A DNA stretch of 64,000 bases from an uncultured delta proteobacterium (GTDB taxonomy: Bacteria > Myxococcota_A > Polyangia > Polyangiales > B10-G4), in assembly GCA_963727445.1 (NCBI GenBank), contig CAVSGI010000010.1, positions 768,001 through 832,000 on the forward strand, in the 5' to 3' direction. This document shows positions 52,139 through 61,428 of the stretch, in pieces; position 1 is the stretch's first letter, and the number at the start of each line of letters is the position of its first letter. The position numbers were made by a program, and so were the translations under genes. The notes under the pieces were generated by a model. It searched no databases, was not told the origin of the DNA, and saw only the letters and a program-made list of their open reading frames with translations.

Positions 52139-53725
52139 GTGGCCCGCACAGGCAGAGCGGCGTCGTGCGCGGTCGTCGCAGCGTTGGTGCTCGTCGCTGG
52201 CTGTTCTGGCGAGAGCGCCGTCTACGTGGTGATCGATGCGCAGGATCTCGGGCGCGTGCGCGCGAGCGTCTTGTCGGTCCGAGCCTTCGGGCCCGACGGA
52301 GAAGCGATGCTCGACGTGGCTCGCTTCTCCCTCGACGAAGAACCGCTGCCGCGAGTCATTCGGCTCGTCCCGTCGGCTGGAGACGCGTCACGCCGCTGGG
52401 CCGTCGTCGCGCAGCTCGAGCGAGAGGACGGGACGGTCGCGAACGAGAACCGCCTGGTCGGCGGATTCGTTCAGGGGGCGACGCGATACGCGCTCCTGTG
52501 TGTGGAGGACTCGTGCCTGGGCGCGGTGTGCAGTGGCGCTCCCGACGGGTGCGATCCGAGCGACCCCGGGGCGGACTGCCTGGGCTGTAGCGACGGGCTC
52601 TGTTCCTTGATCGAAGCGGAGCTCCTGCTGGACGGCGCCGGCATTCGCTGCCCGCCGCGGCCCCCACCCCCCGAAGCGATGTGCGGCGACGCGGTCGACA
52701 ACGACGCGGATGGGCTGACCGACTGTGACGACGACGACTGCGAGCGCCAGCCGTGTAGCCCGGAGGGCAACGCCTGCGTCGGCGGCGAGTGCGTCTGCCT
52801 CGACGAGCCGACTGAGACGAACTGCGGCGATGGCCTCGACGAAGACTGCAACGGCGCCATCGATTGCGCTGACACGCAGTGTGAAGGCATGCCCTGCGAC
52901 GACGGCCTCGCCTGCACGACGGGGGAGGTTTGCACGGATGGGGTCTGCGCTGGTTCGCCCACGGATTGCGACGACGGCATCGCCTGCACCGTGGACCGCT
53001 GCGACGACGACCGCGGCTGTGTCAACACGCCGAACGACGTGCTGTGCGACGACTCCCTCGACTGCACGACCGACGTGTGCAGCGCGACCGACGGCTGCGT
53101 GATCGCCCCGGACGCGAGTCGGTGCGACGACCACGTCGACTGCACTGTGGACGCGTGCATGCCGGGAATGGGGTGTGTTCAGACGCCCAACAACGGCCTC
53201 TGTGCCTCCGACCAGTGCAACGACGGCATCTGTTTCGCCACCGGCTGTCAGAAGGTCCCCCACGCCGGCACCTGTGAAGACGGCGACCCTTGCACCATCA
53301 ACGACCAATGCTCGGGTGGGAGCTGCGCCGGCTCCCCCAAGGACTGCAGCGATCCCGATCCCTGCACCGACGACTATTGCCTCGGCACTGGCGAGTGCCA
53401 GCACGCCCCCCGTCCAGAGGGGAGCTCGTGCGGTACCGAGCGAGTCTGCTGTGGCGGCAACTGCACGTGGATGGGAGACGACCAGAATTGCGGTGGCTGC
53501 CGGCAGGATTGCCGCGGCGGCCTTCCCTGCTTCCGAGTCCCAGGCGTCTCGGGGCGGTTTCACTGCAACTGTGACGGACCCACCGCCGACTGCCCCAATG
53601 GGCAGACGTGCATCATGCCCGGCGACGAAACGAGGTATCGCTGTGCCTGCTTGGACGACAGCGAGTGTCGTTACGGCACCTGCAACAGGAACCCGGGCAC
53701 CTTCAACTACTGCGAGTTCAACTGA
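52139..53725 (+). CDS. Cys-rich lipoprotein, variable-tip family member 4
   Basis: Lipobox VAGC; LP..IRLVP..GDASRR domain; CGD..DND.DG..DC and CDDG..CT.D.C repeats. Confidence 0.82.
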   Translation: MARTGRAASCAVVAALVLVAGCSGESAVYVVIDAQDLGRVRASVLSVRAFGPDGEAMLDVARFSLDEEPLPRVIRLVPSAGDASRRWAVVAQLEREDGTVANENRLVGGFVQGATRYALLCVEDSCLGAVCSGAPDGCDPSDPGADCLGCSDGLCSLIEAELLLDGAGIRCPPRPPPPEAMCGDAVDNDADGLTDCDDDDCERQPCSPEGNACVGGECVCLDEPTETNCGDGLDEDCNGAIDCADTQCEGMPCDDGLACTTGEVCTDGVCAGSPTDCDDGIACTVDRCDDDRGCVNTPNDVLCDDSLDCTTDVCSATDGCVIAPDASRCDDHVDCTVDACMPGMGCVQTPNNGLCASDQCNDGICFATGCQKVPHAGTCEDGDPCTINDQCSGGSCAGSPKDCSDPDPCTDDYCLGTGECQHAPRPEGSSCGTERVCCGGNCTWMGDDQNCGGCRQDCRGGLPCFRVPGVSGRFHCNCDGPTADCPNGQTCIMPGDETRYRCACLDDSECRYGTCNRNPGTFNYCEFN

Positions 53726-53726
53726 C

Positions 53727-55298
53727 TCATCGCCGCATGGACGAGGCGTTGTCGAAGAGGTCGAGCCCGGCGGCGCGGCCGGTGCGTACGCGAACCATGC
53801 CCGTCGAATCCATCGCCGGTGGTGCTTCTGCGGTTTCGGTCGTGCGCGTCATGCGTGCGCTGCCGCGTCGTTGACGCATCCCGGTCGCGGGCGCGGCTGG
53901 CTGGGCGATCGGTGGCGGGTCCTCGTTCTCGATCTCCGTCGTGCTCGCCACGTCTTCTTCGGGCGGCGCGGCCGCGACGACGGGCGCCGTCTCTGCGCTC
54001 TGCGAGGCGGTGGGCGGGGACTGTGCTGCGGGCATCGGTGCGGCCGGGGCGGCGGGTGGATCGTCCGGGCTCGCCGACAGGGACGCGGCGACGATCCCCA
54101 CCAGGGCGACTGTGACGATCGCCGCGGTGGCGACGACGACCCAACCCCGCCTCGGCGGCTTTGGTTCCTCCGTGGGGAGGACGCGCGCCTCGGTCTCGAC
54201 GTCGAGGATCATCGTCGGCACGTCCGCCTTGGGCTTGTCGGCGAAGGTGATGGCCATCGTGGGCAGCTGGGTGACATCGGGCTCCTCGAGCGACGGAGCC
54301 TCCACGTCGATGTCCGGAAGGGTGCGGATGTCGGGGCTCCCGACCGCTTCGCGAATTCTCGCCTCGAGCTGCACGATGCGCTCCGGCCGCAGCGCCTTCA
54401 CGTACCCCTCGACCTCGCCGAGCGCGCCAGTCCCGTACACGCCACGCAGCGCCTCGGCCATGTCCCGGGCCGTCTCGTAGCGTTCGTCCACCGGCCTCTT
54501 CAGCGCTCGGTCGATGGCCTTCGCCAGCGTGGGATCGATGTCCTCTCGAACCTGATCGAGCGACGGGATGGGCCCAGAGCGGACCGCGCCGATCGTGTTT
54601 ATCGGCGTGTCCCGCGCGAAGAGTCGACAGCCAGCGAGCATCTCCCAGCCCACGACGCCGAGGGCGAAGACGTCCGAGCGACGATCGAGGATCTCTCCCC
54701 TCGACTGCTCTGGGGAGAAGTAGGCGAACTTGCCTTTGACCTTGCCGTGCTCGGTCTCGGTCATCCGGGCCTGGGTCGCGTGGGCGATGCCGAAGTCGGT
54801 GAGGCGTGTGCGACCTTCAGCCCCGATCAGGAGGTTCTGGGGCGAGACGTCGCGGTGGACGAGGCCCAGGAGCTGACCGCCCGCCGTACGCGCCTCGTGC
54901 GCGTCGTGAAGCCCCTGCGCGGCCTGCGCCAGGATGTCGACGCACACCTCCGGCGGCATCGGAACTCTTCGCTTTCGAGCGACGGCGCGGAGCTCCGAGA
55001 GCGAGAGGCCGAGGACGAGGTCCATCACGATGAAGAGCGCGCCGTCCTCGGTTCGTCCGATGTCGAGGGTCGAGACGACGTGGGCGCTCGAGACGTTGGC
55101 AGCGACGCGCGCCTCGTCCAGGAACATCGAGACGAACTCGGGATCGTCCGCGAGGTGCGGAAGCATCCGCTTGATGGCTACGAGCTTCTCGAAGCCGCCC
55201 TCGCCGCGAACGCGCCCGGCGAAGACTTCGGCCATTCCTCCGGACGCGATGCGGAAGAGTGCTTCGTAACGCCCGAATTTTCGGGCCGATTCACCCAT
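53727..55298 (-). CDS. Membrane Ser/Thr protein kinase
   Basis: IASGGMAEV, VAIK, HRDVSPQN, DFG, KGKFAYFSPE, DVFALG; TM helix. Confidence 0.95.
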   Translation of the reverse strand: MGESARKFGRYEALFRIASGGMAEVFAGRVRGEGGFEKLVAIKRMLPHLADDPEFVSMFLDEARVAANVSSAHVVSTLDIGRTEDGALFIVMDLVLGLSLSELRAVARKRRVPMPPEVCVDILAQAAQGLHDAHEARTAGGQLLGLVHRDVSPQNLLIGAEGRTRLTDFGIAHATQARMTETEHGKVKGKFAYFSPEQSRGEILDRRSDVFALGVVGWEMLAGCRLFARDTPINTIGAVRSGPIPSLDQVREDIDPTLAKAIDRALKRPVDERYETARDMAEALRGVYGTGALGEVEGYVKALRPERIVQLEARIREAVGSPDIRTLPDIDVEAPSLEEPDVTQLPTMAITFADKPKADVPTMILDVETEARVLPTEEPKPPRRGWVVVATAAIVTVALVGIVAASLSASPDDPPAAPAAPMPAAQSPPTASQSAETAPVVAAAPPEEDVASTTEIENEDPPPIAQPAAPATGMRQRRGSARMTRTTETAEAPPAMDSTGMVRVRTGRAAGLDLFDNASSMRR

Positions 55299-55341
55299 GA
55301 CGTCCCCAGGAGGGTATCACGCGCCAGAGATCGATGTCCGC

Positions 55342-56556
55342 TCACCTGAGCCCGTACTTCTTGGCGAGTGCCAGGAGGTGGTGCCGAACGATGCCGGCCT
55401 CGCGGGCGGCCGCCGAGAGGTTGTCGTCGTGGCGCTCGAGGAGGTTTCGGAGGTACTCGCGCTCGAAGGCGGCCATCACCCGGTCCTTGGCGTCCTTGAA
55501 CGACGCCGCTTCCGTTGGAGCGGCGGGCGCGATGTACCGTGGCTCCCCGTCGTCCGGCATGCGGCTCGTCAGGATCGCCCCCTCGACGAGCGAGCGGAGC
55601 TCACGAACGTTGCCCGGGAGCTCGTGGGCACGGAGCCGCAGGGTCTCGGCGGCGCTCAGCGCGACGTCGCCGGCCTGGTGCACGCCCGCGGCGATCGCAC
55701 GCACGATCGCCGAGACGTCCTCTGGTCGCTCTCGGAGTGGCGGGATCACGATGCGCACTCCGGCGAGGTGGAAGAACAGCTCCCGTGGGAGCGCACCCCG
55801 TTCGAGGAGCATCCGGGTGTCGGTTCCGCTCGTGCTGAGCGTTCGGACGTCGCGACCGTCCCGTTCGGCGGCGTCGAGCGCCGCGAGGAGAGCGAGCGCC
55901 GCGTCGCGGTGGAGTAGATCGATGCGCTCGAGAAGGAGCGTTCCGCCGGAGGCTGTTTGCACGGCGCGGTCGATCGCGATCGGGTCGGGGGATGCGGCGA
56001 AGTCGAGGACCACGACCTCGGTATCGGAACGCGGCGACGCAGCGTGGATCGCCGCGGCCGCCGCCGTCTTGCCCACCCCGGGCTCACCTTCGATGAGGAC
56101 CGACACATCGGTCGGCGCGACCCGCGACATGAGCCCGAAGAGAGACCGCATGGCTCGACTCGTGCCGACCATGGCGCCGAATGCCTCCCGCTCCTCGCTC
56201 ACGGCGGGTGCGGGCAGGTCATCGGGCAGAATTTCGATCCGCGTTTCACCCATGCGGATGACCGCGGGCGGCTGGAGCACCGCCGCCGAGATCTGCGTCG
56301 TGCCGGCGTAGGTGCCGTTGGTCGAGCCGAGGTCGCGGACGCCGATCCCTCGCCGTGTCATGGCGAGCTCCACGTGAGCACGCGACACGCGACCATCGGT
56401 GAGGCGCAGGTCGGCGCCGGCGCCAGTGCCGATGAGGAGCGTGCCCTGGGCCAGGGACTGGGTAGCGCCGGCGTCAGGACCAGAGGCGACTCGGATCTGG
56501 ACGCGCTTCAGAACGAGGTTCCCCCCGGCGTCGGTGCCGTAGACCTCGGTGCCCAT
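55342..56556 (-). CDS. FHA + degenerate sigma54-type AAA+ + Fis HTH regulator
   Basis: FHA (IGT, VSRAH, DLGSTNGT); GEPGVGKT; PPLRERPED, PGNVRELR; NLSAAAREAGI HTH; no GAFTGA. Confidence 0.85.
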   Translation of the reverse strand: MGTEVYGTDAGGNLVLKRVQIRVASGPDAGATQSLAQGTLLIGTGAGADLRLTDGRVSRAHVELAMTRRGIGVRDLGSTNGTYAGTTQISAAVLQPPAVIRMGETRIEILPDDLPAPAVSEEREAFGAMVGTSRAMRSLFGLMSRVAPTDVSVLIEGEPGVGKTAAAAAIHAASPRSDTEVVVLDFAASPDPIAIDRAVQTASGGTLLLERIDLLHRDAALALLAALDAAERDGRDVRTLSTSGTDTRMLLERGALPRELFFHLAGVRIVIPPLRERPEDVSAIVRAIAAGVHQAGDVALSAAETLRLRAHELPGNVRELRSLVEGAILTSRMPDDGEPRYIAPAAPTEAASFKDAKDRVMAAFEREYLRNLLERHDDNLSAAAREAGIVRHHLLALAKKYGLR

Positions 56557-57287
56557 CAGATCTCGGCCGTCGCGTTGAAGGGCACGCTCTCCTGCGACGT
56601 GAGCACCACCACGAGGATCACCACGCCCACCGTGACGAGGGCACCGCCACCCGCGAAGACCCACCACGGTATGCCGCCCGAGTCGGCCTCGAGGGTGACG
56701 TCGAGGGAGAGATGCTGTCCGGGATAGAGCCGTCCCTCCCACGCGTAGCGTCCTTGGCTCTCGCTCTCGACGAGCACGCGACGCTGTCCCTCGTTGGCTT
56801 CGATGGTGTAGGGCGGGCCGGAGACGACGCCGCCACGGCCGTCGACGCGCACGGTGATCGGCGCGGCTGCCCTCGGGATGCCCGCCAGCTCGAGGACGGC
56901 GACCCGCGCAGCGACCTCACGGTGCATCTCCTCCGCCGCAGGGCGGAGGTCGTCGGGCAGCTCGTCACCATGCCGAGCCTCGAGCGCTTCGAACACGGCT
57001 TTGGCTTCGACGTTCTGCCCGAGCGCACGTAGCGAGAGCGCCACGTTGTAGAGCGCGACCGAGTTGCCGGTGAGCTCGTAGCATTCCCGGAACACGTCGA
57101 GTGCGTCGGCCCACCGCGCGTCTTCGATGTGCGACAGACCGGTCTCGAAGAGTGTCCGAGCGCGCTCGACGTCGGCGTCGCTCGGCGTCCCGGTCTGCAC
57201 GGTGGGGACCTGTGCGCGGCCGACCATGCTCGTCCCCGAGATGGCGAAGAGGATCGCCGAGCCCAGGAGCAGATGCGTGCACCGCAT
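56556..57287 (-). CDS. TPR + PEGA-like protein with C-terminal membrane segment
   Basis: ARTLFETG...DALDVFRECY...LYNVA; VRVDG; IPWWVF TM. Confidence 0.8.
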   Translation of the reverse strand: MRCTHLLLGSAILFAISGTSMVGRAQVPTVQTGTPSDADVERARTLFETGLSHIEDARWADALDVFRECYELTGNSVALYNVALSLRALGQNVEAKAVFEALEARHGDELPDDLRPAAEEMHREVAARVAVLELAGIPRAAAPITVRVDGRGGVVSGPPYTIEANEGQRRVLVESESQGRYAWEGRLYPGQHLSLDVTLEADSGGIPWWVFAGGGALVTVGVVILVVVLTSQESVPFNATAEI

Positions 57288-57306
57288 ACAGCCAGCATAC
57301 ACCTGG

Positions 57307-59619
57307 TCAGCTGCGACGGCGGCGTCGCATTCGGCCGAGGGACAGCAGGATGAGGGCGACCCAGGACGCGAGCGGGGCCTCGAGACGCTCGCCCGTCCCC
57401 ACGACGTCACACCCACCCGGCAGGTTGCGTGCGACGGGCGGCTCGCCGATGGCGCCGTCAGCGCGGCCCCCACCGTCGGCCGTCTCCGGCGGCGCTTCGC
57501 CGCTCGGCTCTGGGCCGACGATCTCCACGTCGTCGAAGAAGGCCGCGTCGTCGAGGGAGCCCAGACCCGCGCGCCCCTCGCTCAACACGTCGTCGTGCGC
57601 CGTCGCCACGACCGCCCCGTCCAGCGTCATCGTGAGCGCCTCACCTTCGCGGGCGAAACCTACCGCGTGAAACGCGTCGCCGACGGCGATGGCGCCGCTG
57701 GCGTTGGCGAGCAGCGTATCGCTTCCTCCAAGGACGCGGTGGATCCCGGCCACCGCTTCGTCCGCGGTGTAGGCCGCGTAATAGTAGCCTCCATCGCCGT
57801 AGCCGAGGACCAGTACGAAGTCGGCGTCGGGCGCGTCGCGGAAGGTGCGCGCAGCCGCGGTGATCGAACCGTCCGCCAGCGGTGCGGTGTCCGCCAGGCT
57901 CATCGCGCCGACCAGGCCGGGCGCCGTGCCCTGGTGAAGCTTCGTCGCGAGCCAATACCGCGCGTCGGCGTCGACGTCGACGACCGCCCAACGCTCGGGG
58001 TCGTCCTCCACGAAGCGCCCGCGGCTTCCGAAGGCCGTGGGCGCGAACTCGGCGCTCCGCGCCTCGATCGCGAGGCGCCTGTGAAGCTGCGCGCGATACA
58101 GGTTCGAAGGCGTGAGGGGGTCGACCGACTCGATCCATCGCCGCACCGGGCTGTCGCGTTCCTCGACGCCGTGCGCGAGCCGGCCGACGACGTTGGTCTG
58201 CACCTCGTCCCACGGCGGCGAATGGAGCGCATGGCCGAAGCCCCAGAACGTCCCGCGGGCGCCGGACTGAACGCCGCACGCGAGGCCCCCGCTCAGGTAG
58301 TCGTACGTCCCGGGGATGTCGGTGAACAGGTTTTCGAGTGGTGCGGCGTGGCCATGGTGATCGAGGGAGAGCCCATCGGGATCGGCGCTTCGGACGTTCG
58401 CGAAGACGCTCCCCACGGTCTCGTCAGTCGCGGTCAATTCGTGGATGAAGTCCGCGTCGATGTCCACGTTCTGAATGAGGCTGTCGACGCCGGCGGTGAT
58501 CCCGTGGTGACCGCTGTGGCGGTCCGCGGGGACGTAGCCGAAGGGCGGATCGGTCCAGATCACTTCGGAAGGCCCGAGTCGATCGCCGTGGATCCGTACC
58601 CCTTCGACCGTCACGTTCTTCGATTTGTTGAGGAAGATCCCGCTGTCCGCGTTCTCGATCCGCACGTCGCGGATCCAGGCGTCGACCACCAGGGGCTCCT
58701 CGCCGAAGTCGATGGCGTTGTAGCCGAGCTCGTGGTGGTGCCCTCCGTAGGGGCCGCTCTCGAACTCGATCGCCAGGTGCTCCACGCCGATCTCGCGAAT
58801 GGGCACCATCCGCAGGACGAGCGGCGACCACGCGCGACGGACGTCGAGGCGCAGCGGTTGATCGAGCACGATGCGGCGCTCCTCGACCGCGGCGATCCGT
58901 ACCGGCCACCAGAGGCTTCCTTCGCAGCGGCTCGCCGACGCCTGCTCCGCGTAGAGCGTGCTCGCGAGTGAATGCGCCCCGTCGTCGGAGAGCTTCAGGA
59001 CCACGAAGTCGCCGGGCGCGAGGCCCTCCGTCGTCTCGAGGGAGAGGACGCGGTCCCCCCGCGCCGCGCCGCTGGTTACCGGAATGCGTCCCATCTGCAT
59101 GCGGGTCTCGGCCGCGATGAAGCCACCCTTGTAGCTCCACTTGAGCGTGCCCGAATCGCTGTACTCGGCGCCGCGCACGTTTCGGAGGTTCGTGTCGATC
59201 GCGAGGATCGTTTCCCGCGGCCCCTCTCCACGGAGGACCACACCGTCGTGGGAGAAGCGAAGGACGTCGCGGACCCGGTAGGTCCCGGCCGGCAACAGGA
59301 CCGCTCCTCCGCCCATCTCACCCGCGGCCCTCATGGCGCGCTGAATCGCTCCGGTGTCGTCGTGCGAGCCGTCGCCACGCGCGCCGTAGGTACGCACGTC
59401 GACGACGACCGGCACCTCGGGGATGGGTAATCGGCCCGCGTGGTAGCCGGCATAGGAAAAGTCTGGGAGGCGCCCGCGCGGGTCCCAACGTTCGCCGGCG
59501 CGGCCCCAGAGCGCCGACTCGTCGGCAGCGGCAGGGACCGAGACGCTCGAGACGACCACGAGGACGAGGGCCAGGACGCCGAGCGCACCGCGGGGGAGCT
59601 TTTCGAGATGACAGGACAT
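57307..59619 (-). CDS. Secreted pectate-lyase-like beta-helix carbohydrate-active enzyme with MYXO-CTERM-type tail
   Basis: LPDFSYAGY, DVRTYGARGDG..DDT.AIQ, LPAGTY, LRGEG, PSNLYRAQL; terminal GGC..hydrophobic..RRRRR. Confidence 0.8.
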   Translation of the reverse strand: MSCHLEKLPRGALGVLALVLVVVSSVSVPAAADESALWGRAGERWDPRGRLPDFSYAGYHAGRLPIPEVPVVVDVRTYGARGDGSHDDTGAIQRAMRAAGEMGGGAVLLPAGTYRVRDVLRFSHDGVVLRGEGPRETILAIDTNLRNVRGAEYSDSGTLKWSYKGGFIAAETRMQMGRIPVTSGAARGDRVLSLETTEGLAPGDFVVLKLSDDGAHSLASTLYAEQASASRCEGSLWWPVRIAAVEERRIVLDQPLRLDVRRAWSPLVLRMVPIREIGVEHLAIEFESGPYGGHHHELGYNAIDFGEEPLVVDAWIRDVRIENADSGIFLNKSKNVTVEGVRIHGDRLGPSEVIWTDPPFGYVPADRHSGHHGITAGVDSLIQNVDIDADFIHELTATDETVGSVFANVRSADPDGLSLDHHGHAAPLENLFTDIPGTYDYLSGGLACGVQSGARGTFWGFGHALHSPPWDEVQTNVVGRLAHGVEERDSPVRRWIESVDPLTPSNLYRAQLHRRLAIEARSAEFAPTAFGSRGRFVEDDPERWAVVDVDADARYWLATKLHQGTAPGLVGAMSLADTAPLADGSITAAARTFRDAPDADFVLVLGYGDGGYYYAAYTADEAVAGIHRVLGGSDTLLANASGAIAVGDAFHAVGFAREGEALTMTLDGAVVATAHDDVLSEGRAGLGSLDDAAFFDDVEIVGPEPSGEAPPETADGGGRADGAIGEPPVARNLPGGCDVVGTGERLEAPLASWVALILLSLGRMRRRRRS

Positions 59620-59739
59620 GGGAGGGGCGGCTTGCAGGAAGCCCGCCAGCCATCCCGGGCAGATCCGTCACGGCGGCGCACACCACAGTGTTCGATCGCA
59701 CGACACAAACGCCCACTTCGGTCTGGAACGGTCCCTGCG

Positions 59740-61428
59740 ATGGGTCGGGGTATGCGCACGCTCTTGCACCCAACCCCCGTGCTCGAAGTCGTCCTCGGCG
59801 GCGCACTCCTCATCACGGGCTGCGTCGGAACGATCTCCGAGCCCGGCGTGGGTCCCGAGGACCCGCCTGCCCCAGGCACCCCGCCGAACCAGTACACCGA
59901 TGACGGAATCTGCGCCGCCGGCGTCCCTGCCCCCGGACTGACCCGTCTCACTCGCAGCGAGTACGCACGGGCGGTGGAGGATCTGGTCGGTGTGGCGCCG
60001 GACGTCTCCGGCTTCCCTGCCGACGAGGACCCGTCGGGCATCGGCTTCGGCGTGGCCGCGAGCCTGTCTCCTCTGATCCTCGAGCAGTACGCCCACGCGG
60101 CCGAGGGCGTCGCCGCGCTGGCCGTGGCCGACTCTCTCGAAGCGCTCATCGACTGTGACCCCCTGGCCGCCGGCGAGGACGCTTGCGCTGGCCAATTCGT
60201 GGACGACTTCGCCGGCCGTGCGTACCGGCGTCCCCTCGACGCCGAACAGCACGCGCGCCTCCTCGCCGTCTACCGCGCGACGCGAGACGCGGGCGGCAGC
60301 TTCGCCGACGGCATCCGGGTGACGCTCGAGGCGACGCTTCAGTCGCCGTCGTTTCTCTACCGCGTCGAAGGCGAGGCTCCCGGCGGCGCACGGATCGCAC
60401 CGCTCTCCGCCCACGAGCGAGCGACCCGCCTGAGCTTCACCCTCTGGGGAACCACCCCCGACGACGCGCTCCTCGAGGCCGCGGTGCGGGGGGATCTCGC
60501 CACGCCCGACGGAGTCGAGGCCGAGGCACGACGGATGCTCGACGACCCGCGCGGTCATGCTCAGCTGCGCGCGTTCGTGCTCGGCTGGCTCGGTCTGTCG
60601 GGCGCCACCGTCTCGAAGAACGAGGCCGCGTTCGGCGGCATCGATTGGGACGCGACGTGGCCCGAGATGAAGGCCGAGACCTCGCGCTTCGTCGAAGACG
60701 TCCTCTTCGAAGGTCCTGGCACGCTCGAGGCGCTCTTCACTGCGCCCTACACGATCGCGACGCCGCGCACCGCCGCCATCTACGGCGTCACCCAGACCGA
60801 CGACACGCCAGCGCGCCTCGAGCTGGACCCGAATCAGCGCGCTGGGCTGCTCACTCAACCCAGCATCCTCGCCCTCAGCTCCGCCGAGGAGGACACGTCG
60901 CCGGTCCTCCGCGGCAAGCTCGTTCGTGAGCGGCTGCTCTGCCAGGACATGCCGCCTCCGCCGCCGGGCGTGGAGGAGGCGTTTCCCGAGGTCGACCCCA
61001 CGCTCCCGGTGCGCGAGCGCTTCGCCCAGCACGAGGCCGACCCGGCCTGCGCCGGCTGCCATGCGTTGATGGACCCGCTCGGCTTCGCCTTCGAGCAGTA
61101 CGATGCCATCGGGCGGTTCCGCGAAAGAGCGCACGGCCAGGTCATCGACGCTTCGGGCGAGATCACCGGCACCGAAAGCTCGAACACCACCTTCGACGGA
61201 GTCGTCGACCTCGCGCGGATCCTCGGGACGAGCGAGGACGTCCGCCGCTGCGCGGGCACCCAGGCGTATCGCTTCGTGTTTCGCGAGGACGATCCTGGTG
61301 GCTGCGCCCTCGAAGAGGTCCGCGAGGCGTTCGCGTCCTCCGGCCACGACCTCCGCGAGCTCTTCGTCGCGATCGTTCGGTCCGACGCATTCCTGAGCCG
61401 CCAGATCGACGAAGGAGAAGCACCGTGA
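59740..61428 (+). CDS. DUF1592/DUF1588 (PSD/PSCyt) family lipoprotein
   Basis: RLTRSEY, RAYRRPL, LQSPSFLYR, RLSFTLW, RAGLLTQ, SPVLRG, CAGCH..MDPLGF.FE.YD..GR. Confidence 0.9.
   Translation: MGRGMRTLLHPTPVLEVVLGGALLITGCVGTISEPGVGPEDPPAPGTPPNQYTDDGICAAGVPAPGLTRLTRSEYARAVEDLVGVAPDVSGFPADEDPSGIGFGVAASLSPLILEQYAHAAEGVAALAVADSLEALIDCDPLAAGEDACAGQFVDDFAGRAYRRPLDAEQHARLLAVYRATRDAGGSFADGIRVTLEATLQSPSFLYRVEGEAPGGARIAPLSAHERATRLSFTLWGTTPDDALLEAAVRGDLATPDGVEAEARRMLDDPRGHAQLRAFVLGWLGLSGATVSKNEAAFGGIDWDATWPEMKAETSRFVEDVLFEGPGTLEALFTAPYTIATPRTAAIYGVTQTDDTPARLELDPNQRAGLLTQPSILALSSAEEDTSPVLRGKLVRERLLCQDMPPPPPGVEEAFPEVDPTLPVRERFAQHEADPACAGCHALMDPLGFAFEQYDAIGRFRERAHGQVIDASGEITGTESSNTTFDGVVDLARILGTSEDVRRCAGTQAYRFVFREDDPGGCALEEVREAFASSGHDLRELFVAIVRSDAFLSRQIDEGEAP

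Noticed and set aside
49458..55349. 750-aa and 724-aa plus-strand ORFs
   Set aside because: Off-frame or antisense to well-supported genes; low-complexity S/R/A composition.
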